Shown here: positions 1 through 11,700 of the stretch, in pieces
How the letters are laid out: every line of letters begins with the position of its first letter
Position numbering within the stretch: the stretch's first letter is position 1
NCBI GenBank assembly: GCA_000934665.2
Contig: KZ538494.1
Location: 62,001-126,000 of the forward strand
DNA from: Catajapyx aquilonaris
Taxonomy: Eukaryota
DNA: 64,000 bases
Direction: 5' to 3'
Made by a program: the position numbers and the translations under genes
The notes under the pieces: generated by a model
Databases searched by the model: none
What the model saw: only the letters and a program-made list of their open reading frames with translations
Told to the model about the DNA's origin: nothing

Positions 1-789
1 CCACTTTGCACTGTGACAACGTCAGTGTCGCAGGCAATCTCTCATCACCCAGGCCTCCAGATAAGAGTGCCGGACCTGGCTGGGAAAAGGCGTCCGGATC
101 TCTTTGCCTATAGCATATCCAATACGTGTCGCGGAAGTTCGATTGGGCCATACCGCCAGTGTATCTGTGTCTGCTGCATACCAACAGTCACACATGCGTA
201 TTGACCCAGCCTGAATGCAGGTCGGAGTACCTGCAGAACCAGCATCCTTTCATTTTGGGGCAGCGCACCAAATGACCTGTGCCACGGTTTAATTCCCAAC
301 ACAACAGACGGGAAGAAAAATGAGGCAAGGATAGCAGGCGGACGAGGCGCACAAAAAAGATGGAATAAAATAAAAAGAGGGGCGGTGAGAGGCTTTTATG
401 AGTAAATTGCCACGGCACAATCGGCGCACCGAATTGGGTTCTAAAGTGGCAACGAGGCCGTTTAGCCGCAGCCTTCATCAACAATCCTCGCCCTAATTAC
501 TCGCAGCTCCTATTAGAAAGCCTTTAAGCCCGCATTCCTCCTTAACTACTTGCCCAACATGTGTCCAGCAGCCCGGCACTTTGGCCGAGCCATCCCAGCG
601 CCCTAAATCTGCTGCGGCGCCATTGTCCTCGGCACTGCTGGCCAGCGCCAAAAACTGCCTCGTCGCCACAAAAGAAGCTCGGGCCCTGAAATCACCTCTC
701 GTCCTCCGACACTGCACCAAGCAACCGATCATTACCCCATTCTCACCTGCAATAGTGCAAAGGCCCCCCCAGCATGAGTCAGGCAGCAG

Positions 790-837
790 ACCTGAAGCTC
801 AAATTAGCCTCCCCTCTCTTGGAGGCTAATTTCAGGT
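790..837. repeat. Inverted repeat / hairpin
   Basis: AAATTAGCCTCC (801-812) and GGAGGCTAATTT (821-832) form a perfect 12-bp stem with an 8-nt loop. ACCTG (790-794) can pair with CAGGT (833-837) across a bulge. Confidence 0.7.
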
Positions 838-3800
838 ATGCTACAAGATGGCACCAAATCCGAGATCATTCTGCACATACAAAAAATTTCGCCCCCTGAA
901 CCGCATCAAAATTCGAACAAGGACAATGACAAACATTGGGCCAGCTGTGCTAAGCTTACACTCGGCAACTGCACAAAAATATAATTGTGCAAAATATGGA
1001 GTTTGTTGGGGCTTGGAGTTAGCAAATTTTTTTTGTGGGGGCGGGAGGAGAAGGGGAAAAAAGGTGGGGGAGATGCAAGTCCAGCTGGTGGCCCCAAGTG
1101 AGCCAATTAGTCCATCGGAGCGTAGGAGTTTCCGCGCCATTGGACCACGTGAGCAGCGTGCCAATCGAGCCTAATTTAATGCCTTCCCAGCCGATTGCTC
1201 CTCTAGCTCGAATGGGTGCTTACAAAGTCGCTTCGCAGGCACAATTATTCTGTCTGCAACATCTGTCCCGCCACTCATGTCCCGGGCTCTTCTTTTTCTG
1301 GGGATAGTCCGGACACCCGTTCTCTATATAGTCCGCCAGACTTCACACGATTTACTGCAATTCATTGTTTGTCACGGTCAGAAGAGGTAACCCATGAAAT
1401 CTTTACTCTAGCAGAAAAACGCGCCCAATATAGGGTGGTGTCACAAGTGAGACCTGATGGTTACATCATGTGGCATAATAATTAGCAAGATAATGCGAAG
1501 TAATTATTCCGATGCAACAAATGGGCATCGCTCAAATTGACAATGAGCACTTTAGTGAATGCACGTGACCGGTAATTAAATCAAATGAGGAATGGGCCGT
1601 GACAAATTAATAGAAAACATGAAACAGAGCCTAACATTATGCGTGTATATGCAGGGGCAATTATTGCTGCACATGACATGTTGACGCCATTTACGCACAA
1701 CAAGCGCCACTGTTGTGTCGTTCATTCTACATAAACACGCTGCAACCCGCAGTTGTTTATCAACTGCATTACTGGAAAGCTCTGTGAAATACAAGGGGAA
1801 GTAATCAAGTTGAGTATTACAGTACAAGTATTTTTTCCTCCTCAACTTGCACGAGTAACACGAGCCCCACGGATTCGTTCCCTGAAAGACTACTGTCAAA
1901 CAGTTGCAGCATTAGCTGGGGTAATATTATAAACGGAAACCCTATATTCAGACTGGAAGAGGAAGCCAAACTTGTGCAGAAAATGAAGACCTGCGCGGAT
2001 GCTCCATCAATTACACTAAAAGGGCAAGATCCATGCTTTAGGTATGCGATGTTGGCAATGAAAAGGCGCGCGTCTTTCCAGGTACGCCCTCTCACAATGC
2101 ATGCGTTGGAGTGCAAAAAAAGTCCTTTGGTTGCCCTCCCCCACATAACTACCCCTCCATCCCTCCTTCCCCTACCCTCACTCCCAGAATTAATAGCCAG
2201 CGATCAGATCACAAAAGGCGCCAGGCCTCAAAGGCCGCCATCCGCCCGCACTTTACTGCCTCCAATCAAAGCCAATATCCAGCCGGCCTTTTCCCAGCTT
2301 CCCAAACTCAACTTTTCGGCCTTTCAGCAAGCTAAAAGGTGCGCCCAACATGGCTTCCCAGAGAGTTGGATGAAAAAAAAAGACGCAACCAGGCGTTGCC
2401 ATTGGTTCACCGACCATCACAAATCTGAAAGAGCCACCGTGTGACGTGGAGCGTGGAGGTGCCTCTTCCATCCACGTTTGTCTCCACTGTTCCCCCCATG
2501 CCGTCAATGCACTGCTGGGGTTAGTGGGCCAATTTGGGGAAAACATATTGTGACCCTTGACTACCCACACGTTTCAAATTGAACACTTCCACCGATAGAT
2601 CAGTTGCCCATATAATTAATTACGTTCATTAAGCCACCCCAGCACCCACACTGCAACCATGCCCCAGGATGATTTTATTTAGCCAACTGCGCATAAAAAT
2701 ACATATATCGTATATATAGCTGTGGGGGTGGGGTGGACAACGCTGATGTTGGAAATGTCGGCGACAATCGGCGCAGATTTATGAGTCGGCTTGTCCCGCC
2801 ATTTCCTTGTAGGCGGTGGTGCTTGGTGGGGGGTTCCCCATTTGGGTCCTCCTCCCCCTTCAGCCCATTTGGAGCGTCAGCGCCAGCAAAGCAACGGGGG
2901 CCTCCCAAAGAAAAGGCTTGCCTGCTGCTTGTGCCTTTCCCTCCACCTGTTGCGGCCTAAAATAAATATTAGCCTCTATCTGGACACAGCGGACGACAGA
3001 TATAGAAAAAAGGAGGGTCCCCACACTGCCTTCCTCCCTTCCTTCCTCCAGTTATGGCGCATGCAGCAGGCCCCATGGATCATCAGCGTTCCCCTCCACT
3101 CGCCCGGCCCAACCTCCGTCCCTTCCCTAATGAGATGGCAGCATAGCGACTAATCAAGACGTGGCGGGGAATTAGGAGGCCTTCCCTAAGAAATCCGCAG
3201 GAGGCTCTCACTATCAGTCCCGGATAATCCTCCTGCCAGACACACTCCTACTTTCCTCTCTCCCTTTTCTCTCTCTCATTACGCCCGTCACAACCGCATC
3301 CTACCCTTCCCTCATTTCTTCTTCCTACTATATACCAGCTTCTTATGCAAGCCTGAGAAGTTGTGCTATGCCTATATATTACCTTAGTCGCAAATGTAAG
3401 GTGTCACGTGTCAGTATTGTGACATTCCCTACATCCAGTAGATGGAATTACGTAGTTGTGTGAGTTGCCAGTTTTGACGAGAAATGGAGGGATGTTGGGG
3501 GGTGTCGTGCGGACCTGGGAGAAGGCTTTATGTTGTAGGCAGTCGTGAGTAAGCCGTATACGAGGCTAGTATAATAAACAGGTCGTTAGCAACTTGCGTA
3601 TTATTGGACCACGACTGGGACATATAGGCAGGTCAGATATAACAGTATCCATAAAAGTTGTGTAATGTAACAGTATGTGAACAGGTTCATGCGATAAATT
3701 GTATGTAACAAAGGCTGACAGAATAATATACAAAAGCCCCTCAGTTCTCTGACAATGATAGGAGGAAAGGCGTATATACCCTGGGTGGGTAACATGCACG

Positions 3801-4930
3801 TCCAGATGTCGCTGTAAATAACATACGTGTTCTACGGCTCTCAGTTGCATGTGGGTTGATTGGGTTTGAGCGAAACACGGGCCCGCTGCCCCAATTGAAC
3901 CGGACTGAATGCATTTCAAGCTTATGCTACATTACCAGTCATGATGCATCAACTCGGTTTGCATTAGTGCAACGGAAATATAGCGTCAGTTTAAGTTAAC
4001 CAACGAGGACCGGCCAAGTGGGTATGGGAAGGGGGATGCAGTGTACTGTAATGCCGGGGCCAGAGTGCAGCTAGTGTTTACAGGGATGTGATATTCAGCG
4101 CACAGTCGGCGTGCCATGAAAGGTACCCCCAGACCGACTCGTGACCAGAAATTTTCATAAAACCAGCAGATTGCACCCTGCTTCCGAATGGATCGAAGGT
4201 ATCATCCCGAAAAATGCTAATTACTGGAAATTGTGGATATTAATCTCTCTTTAAATTTAAAACGTTTCAGATCGCAGTTACTTTGTTTTTACATGGTGCA
4301 GCATGCTATTTCTTCTTCCAATTGTGGCTCAAAACCGCAGCTTTAATTGCCCCTTTCAGTTTAGGTTGAATTAAAAGCAATGGGCACGCATGTATGTTAA
4401 ATATGTCCCCTTGAAACTAATTTTCTCGCCAACAGCATGGCGCCAAATACTGGGAACGATAATCTCAGGGCGAAGGAATAAATTGCGTATACGTTAACAC
4501 AAACGGTCAAAGTTGTAATATTAGAGAACCTCCCTCACATGGCATGTAAGCTATTGAACGCCGTTGGCAACAAACCCCTACAACCTACACGATAATATTA
4601 CTAGATTATACCAGCTACATATTTCCACCTTTAAGCCTCTAATATGAATATGCAGTATAGTGGTCGTAAATGGAGCTCTCAAAGCACGAGCCTGCGCGTA
4701 TACTCAGATATGATCAGCCAAATTTGTGGGTACCAGCATCGTGCGCCATGGTAATATTGGTGCCGCAGAGAGTGGTGATGCAGTGTCATAGTAAATAAGG
4801 AATGGATGAAGGAATTCACATCAAAAGTGAAACTCATTCCTTATTTAAACTCTCGTGGTCGACCGCGACGTTCAGGAGTAACTTCACTCATAATTAACTG
4901 TAAGCAGATAGAGAGTGAAACGCTATCTAA

Positions 4931-5055
4931 GGGCCGGTTTCACCGAGCTTGGTATATGATAAAACCAGGTTTCTTTAGGAAAATCCATACAAATAGATAG
5001 GGATTTTGAGAAATACCCTGGTTTTATCATATACTGAGCTCGGTGAAACCGGCCC
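4931..5055. mobile_element. 125-bp MITE, PIF/Harbinger (Tourist-like) type
   Basis: 39-bp terminal inverted repeats GGGCCGGTTTCACCGAGCTnnGTATATGATAAAACCAGG with 2 mismatches and further partial internal symmetry. Flanked by identical TAA at 4928-4930 and 5056-5058, the target duplication characteristic of PIF/Harbinger. Confidence 0.88.
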
Positions 5056-5445
5056 TAAGATATCCCTTCCAGAAGCCCTAGTTCAAAGGATATAAAAGGT
5101 TGGGTGTTTTCTCCTCCCAAAATTGCGCCACCTCGCAAAAACAGAATAATAATCCCAAAAGGAGGATCGGTGCCCCACAATCGTCGCTTCTTATACTCAT
5201 GTGACTACAAACGCGCCAAAAATACCCTATTACTGTCGTACCAATACCACTTCCGAGAATCTCACAATTTCTACTGTAGTACGAATGTACGACGACTGAA
5301 ATCATGAAAATAAGAGTAAGATTTCCTGCCGAAGTGTTATCTGAAACTGGTTCCACTGCATAGTAAGTGCAATGTTTTCGCTTTGCTTTTGCCTACATTG
5401 AGCTCGGTCCACAGTTTCTATATAACAAAAACATGCTCGACTCAC

Positions 5446-5736
5446 CTTCATAGACGGCCAGCAGCGCGTCGGCTGAGACGGCGTCGCCCACACCATTTTC
5501 GGCGACACACTCGTACTTGGCATCGTCTCTCCCAGCCCGGACCGGCTCGATCCTGAGCAAGGACCCGCCCTTGAAGTGGTGCACCAGGTACCTGGAGTGC
5601 GAGCCGGACACCTTCTTCATGTTCTTCCGCCAGTGGATCTGCGGAGGAGGATCGCCCGAAGCCTGGCAGAAGAAGGCGGCGATTCCTCCTTCCTTCACGC
5701 TGCGATCCTTGGGCGCCCGGCTGATCTCCGGAGGAT
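5446..5736 (-). CDS. Lar: LAR-family receptor tyrosine phosphatase, exon encoding first Ig domain (DPPEISRAPKDRSVKEGGIAAFFCQASGDPPPQIHWRKNMKKVSG...RIEPVRAGRDDAKYECVAENGVGDAVSADALLAVYE)
   Basis: I-set Ig fold with conserved Cys, Trp and D-x-A-x-Y-x-C. Segments WRKNxKKVSG, LRIEPVRAGRDDAxYECVAENGVGDAVSADA and GDPPP match Drosophila Lar Ig1 as I recall it. Acceptor TTTTTTGTGTCCCTGTGTACAG|AT (AG 5738-5737), donor GAAG|GTGAGT (GT 5445-5444). 291 nt, symmetric phase 1-1, GC-rich third codon positions. Confidence 0.96.
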
Positions 5737-8700
5737 CTGTACACAGGGACACAAAAAAGGCGTCACGATTAGTTACACATTCCTTGTGGGCGGGCAGACA
5801 CGTGTGATGCTATACGACAAAATGATGCAGGCTACCGGGTACAGGAGGTGGTGGGGACTCTGCAATTCTGCAGGATTCGTCCGACCCGTCGCGTCATTCC
5901 CACCCCCTCATTAATTAGGCGGACGTCCCCACGGTTTCAGGAGGCAATCCGCTGGCAAAATTAAACCAAAGCCTAAAGTCAACTGCCGGGTCAAACTTTG
6001 ACGTGGGGCGCCACCATTGCGCCGACAAAATTACGCTCCAGCTCTCTTTCTCTGTTTGTTTAAAGAAAAACTTAATTAATGTACATCAAATAAGAAAGCC
6101 ACAAATCAGGACTGCCACCGGAATCCTCGCTCTTGTCGTATAGAAGACCATGGTGCAGCTGCCCAGTCATATATTATACGTGTACAAGTTATACAGTGTA
6201 GTCTGAACAGGCTTTGTTGCTGGGTGTGCCAATCAGCATAGGCATGTATAAAGGAATGGGTGATATCACGAGCTCTTGGTGATATTATCTGCCCAAACTG
6301 TTGGGGGCATCCAGATACACGTGCACACAGCAATAATATCGCACAATGGCAACCCCGTGCGATGACACTGTGCTACAATATTTTCCCCAGCAAAACGAGG
6401 CGCATATCGCGGAGCGGTGAAAGCCCGGATTAATAGAGTTCAGGGAATGAAGGCAGGCCGCTCATAAAAATGGCGTAGGTGAGTTCAAGGGAGTCCCCAA
6501 AGAGCCACACACATCGGCCCCGCTCATTGGCGCCGGAAATTAAAAGTGCAGGGCCTAATGACCCCTGCCTTCATTATTCCCTCAGAAAAATTCTCCCTCT
6601 CGCCCATTCTAGGGCAGCACCAGCAGTAGCATCAGCAAAAGCAGCACTGGGGGTACAGTACAGGGTATATTTGTCTCTTGCTGCATGCATATAGGCTCCG
6701 GTAAACTGCGGGTCAATTTACGACCTAAATTTATGCACCGCGATTTGCGTCCCCAATGTGGACAATAAAATAAAGCAAGGGCGAGTTGTGATGCCAGCTA
6801 ATATATCACGGAAATGAAATTCTTCAACCGCGTTTGATAGACTGGACGCTTTGCCGTTTTCATTCATTCAAAATGTCGGATTCGCATTACCTCTAATTAA
6901 TTGGCCGCTAACGCTGCTTGCTTCCGAATGACGGAAGATACACACCGACTTTGCACTTCTGCCATTAAATAATTCCACCACTCGAAAAATCCATGTGCGC
7001 CGAATCCACTGGCGGATAACAATTTTCTATCTAGGAGGCCTAATGTACTGTGCCAACAATAATCCAGTCCGGGGTTATCCCCAGTTTTCCGGAGGTAAGC
7101 CGCAGCTGAGTTCGCTCAACCGAAGTGAAACATGGACAGAGTGGGGGATTCAATCAGACAGGGGGGGAAACCGTGACCCAGTTGAAGTTCAACTTGCTTG
7201 TTGAATTGCAAACTGATCAAAAGGGTTGCCCACAAAATGGGTTTTCTCTGGAATTTGTGCAAAAGTAGAGATAGATTTTTTTTTGCGGCCTATGTCCTTT
7301 TCCCAGACTTTTTGATTTTACACCAAATGACGTTGCCGCATAGCTGTAAGAGCAGGAGAAATTTTCGTTATGAGGATTTCAACATTCATGAACTTATATA
7401 CGGATGGCAGGCAATTATTTTGAACATACAGTATTTCCATATATGGACTGTCTGATATTATTGACGCAAACAAATTTTCGGCTCATAATGTTAACGACTA
7501 ACTCAGGTGGTCACACACTGGACACAAGCTGCCAACAACCTGCTGGAAATCCGAGGGGTTGAAAAAAAAATTTAACGCATGCTCGCGTGGAGTTACATCA
7601 GCTCAGAAAATGAGGCTTGGTCTTACTTTCCCCCGGTCAAATTTCAACCACACTGTCATTCGCCATCCAACTCCAACACTTCACTCACAGGGGTTATGGC
7701 CGCCGCACCATGCACTATAGCTATATACCTAGAACCTCCTGTATGGCTCAGCTTAATTCCTCTACATATTGCAATGTTACGAAGCGAAGAAAATTAAATG
7801 CGACAATTGGTTAGTCCATTAATTAACGTTACAGTAGAATTAATTTTGCAACAGAGGACTATGAAATGGCAAAGCAGTATTGTATTATTAAGACGGTACA
7901 GCCGCATGGCTGCAGCGCTATGACTGTACTATACACTATACAGTGCAGGTGAACAAGAACAGTCTCCAATTTCAGACCAAGAAAAAAGTAGGTTTTCTCA
8001 GAAAACATCGGCACATTAATCTAATAATATCCTTATTTACCTCTCTTACATTTCTGCTCTGAAAATGACAGTTTTATAGTACTCGACAGAATCCATTGCA
8101 ATATTTTCATTACTATAAGCAAGGAGGGAGACCATAAATTAGGCCTACTCTTAGACTAGCAGTGAATGAAAGCGACTGGTAATAAACTGAAACAAGTGGC
8201 ATGACGACAGCCTATGAGTAATCCCCAGTAGACAACACAGGTCAAGTCGTCCAGTTCTGTCTCGCTCCAGTGAAAGAACGACATCCGCGGTTGCCGCTCT
8301 GGGCCCCCACCCTTGTACCGCATCCCCCTGGCCTCCCTGGAAGCACAGGAGGTATAGGTAGGTAGCTGGTGCAACTTTGGAAAGGAATTCCCAGGAGAAG
8401 AGGGCAAGTCGTGCCATCAGACTAATGGGCGTGTCCCCTCCGCACATGACACGCCGGCCTGCCTTTAATCAAGTGCGCGCGCCTCCCTCGAGAGCCTCTT
8501 CCCTCAAGTAATTAAGCAGCCTCTCCGCCTTCCCCCACCCACCCACGCACCCCCCTACACTCTTCCGCTCCCAGCTTCACTTAGCAACCAAACAACCCTC
8601 CCCATGGCTATCCCCCCGCCTATTAATGACCCTTTCTGCCAATTATTTTGCACCATCATCATTCCCCCCCTTAAGAAGCCGCCGCATCTGGACCTTGCCA

Positions 8701-11700
8701 AATCGGCCTATTCATCATGGCGGCCTAACCGCGGGGCAAGCCGCAAACCGGCTATTTGGCATCTTCTCGGACGCAAATTCGGGGATAATGAGCCAGGGAC
8801 ACGGCCTTTGTACCTTGCATATATGCGTCTGCGGGATTGCACAACTTGTGCTTAAGAGGTGGCCGATTCGTGCGTTCAATTCACTTCAGAACTATACAGT
8901 AGCTGGGGAAGGGATATGTGCTAGAGTGCATTATTATTGCTTTATGTCGAGATCGAGCCTGTGAGATGCGATAAAAATGATCAATCGGGATGAAGGCATT
9001 AGGTTACTCGGCTGATGCATTCCCTTAATTGAATTCAATTTCACTCAATTTTAAGCCGCACGGAAAGTCTCCCTGGAGATCAGCGTTGTGTCAGACTATA
9101 TGACAACAATCATGATGTAAGCCTTGTCCGAGATTAGCCAACCGGTGAAATTTAATCGAGAATACTGCAAAAACAAATTTTTCTTGTTACCACCTGTTTT
9201 ACAAATAATTGTTAAAAATGCAAATGTGACTCAATAACGTTGCAATCTATTTCGAGTTCTATGGAATTGCTACAGCCTACCAGCAAGGTGAACATAAAAG
9301 GGCACAACAAATCCCATTCCTGCTGTACTAAATTTTATGGCTTTTGTTTTATTTACACAATTTAACAAGCCGTTTATAAACAACACTAAATGGCGAAAAG
9401 TAGCTGTAAATCTTTTAATTAATTACTGCGCTGTATAATACTGTCACATTGATGAATGACTCAACAATGTAATAATTTATACCTTCCGCCCCTGTCATCC
9501 CCTGCTATTACGCATTTGCCAGCCACGAAAATATGCCACTGACAAAAAAATGAGCCTACTGGCACATATACACTCATGCAGGCCCGCAGAATGAACAAAA
9601 AGCGTTTCCAGCACTGTGACAGCCAAACATTTACACTGTACTGCGTGTGCAGATTAATTGAGTATATTAATTCCCAACCAAGGAATGAGCAAAGCGATAG
9701 AGAAAGGTTCTGGCTGAACGAGTTTTAACGTAATAAAATTGACAGGGAACTGACATCGTGATAATGTAATGGCCCGCTCTGAAATTGCGGCACTATCAAA
9801 TCGTCACGCGTTTATGCCCCACATGAACTCCAGATAGCAACAAAAATATTTGCTTATGCAAAGACAGCCCCATGCGTCTCACAGGCGACACATCCATCAA
9901 TTTTTGTCCTCCCTTGGGACAAAATGTTTCCACCCCATGTGTAACTACCGGTTATGACCCCACTTATCATGCATGTAACATAAGCATGTATATAGGGAAA
10001 AACGTATTCATTTCCAACTGCATAATACATAACCTTCTTGAGGTTGATTATGGAATCAAAAGTTCAAAGCAAATGCACCCAGCAATCGAAAATTCAGTGC
10101 TTTGGGCAAAAGTAGGAGGGTAAATTAATATAGGCGGTAACATGACTTGACGCGAGAAGGAGACACTTGTCAAGCCAGGAGATGCAGAACTTCCCATCAA
10201 GAAGGCAAAGATAAAGAGGATTAAATATTCCGGTAGAGCAGGCAACAAGGTCCGGGGTAGAGAAACGTGGCAAAGCAGCAAAAGGCCCGATCGATGACGA
10301 CACGACACGAAGAAGCGTCCTTTCCGCCCATTTCCCTTCCTTTGCCTGCTAAACCCGGTTCCAAGTACAGCTCCGTATAATCTGCCGGCAGCTACGGGGC
10401 CACGCCTCCTTTTGCCCCTTATTGCCCCTCTCCCCCCAAAAAACGGGGAGGAAAATGTTAGGACAGCTCAAGTTGTCCAATTTGAAACTTGGTATCGTAT
10501 CGGATTCCCGCGAGGCCCGACATTTCCCGCCGTCCGGAGAAGCTGCCCCGGGTCTTCCTGATAAGAAAGGAAAACCATAGGAGAAAAGCGCTTCTTATAC
10601 TTTCCTTCCCGCAGCATTGTTGTCTCATGTAGAACAACCTCCAACCCAGAGCGTGCCTTTCCAGCGTGTCACGACTCAAATAACGGGGGCCGGAATGCAT
10701 GTCCAGTGGTCGCTACCAAATTACACACTTCACGCTTCTCAAAGCACAACTTGGGACTGATAAGCTCAAATCGCCGGATCGCAAAAATCGGCGAATATTT
10801 AACCCCGCCTTGTTTGCCTTGACAGCCTTATCTAGCAGCAGATCCCATTACATTTTGCACAATATTTGGCCTGAATGCACCGCACACGTTACAACCTGAG
10901 AAGCGCAGGTGCGAATAAGGAGGTGTAAGCAGTAAAGAAACTGGAGGAAAAAAAAACAGTGCACACGAGCTAAATTGAAAGCGGGCCCGGTCTACAAAAT
11001 CCGGCGCTGCAAATCCCAATAAGCCCATGGCCATCGCAATAATCACGGGCGTTGGGACCCACTTTATTGCTGGCTATTATATTCCCTCTTCCTTGGGCGC
11101 GTCGGCTATAAACGGACCTCCTTGCAGCCCCAAAAGAGGCGGCGAATAAAATAATGATGGTCCAGGGCCCGGATCCACATCAAGGAGGCCGCAGTTGGCA
11201 AACACACAGGACCACTGTTATTGATTGATCTCAAAATTCGCACATCTCAAGCTCAATGATCACACCCTACACGTATACGGAAAAAAAAATTTGGTAGCTG
11301 AGATCAAAGGCTAGTCGGACAGCTTGATCCGAACATCCCAGATGAAAGCTGAGAGGAAGAGGGGGGGAAAAAAGAGAGGGGCCCATCGGGGACACTTGCT
11401 CATTCGATTTTCTTGCCATCACCACAAAAATTTTCTCCGTCGGCCTGTGATACGCCTGCCGTTCGGGATTTCTAACAAGGTCTGCTCAGAAAAGGGACGC
11501 TGCTCACTTTCATCAGCCCTCGGAATGTTTGCTCGTCATACAGTTATCTTCCGCCAAGAGGACGCTTCTGCTTCATTAGATAGGACCCCTCCTGCTCTGT
11601 ACGACCTAATGCGACCATCAGCATCCAAATGCAACGGGTTTATTTTCATATGCGCCGGCTGATATGAGGCGACAACATCTACGCTGGAGCCTCTAATAAT

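Larger units (their letters stand above)
1..5445 (-). other. Lar: Intron following the Ig1 exon (partial; Ig2 exon lies beyond the left edge)
   Basis: Starts with GTGAGT at 5445. I did not recognise the expected Ig1-Ig2 linker (GFP-containing) or Ig2 sequence in 1-5445. Confidence 0.75.

Noticed and set aside
5448..5914. Overlapping ORFs 5448-5744(-), 5517-5807(+), 5576-5914(+)
   Set aside because: Shadow frames of the GC-rich Lar Ig1 exon.
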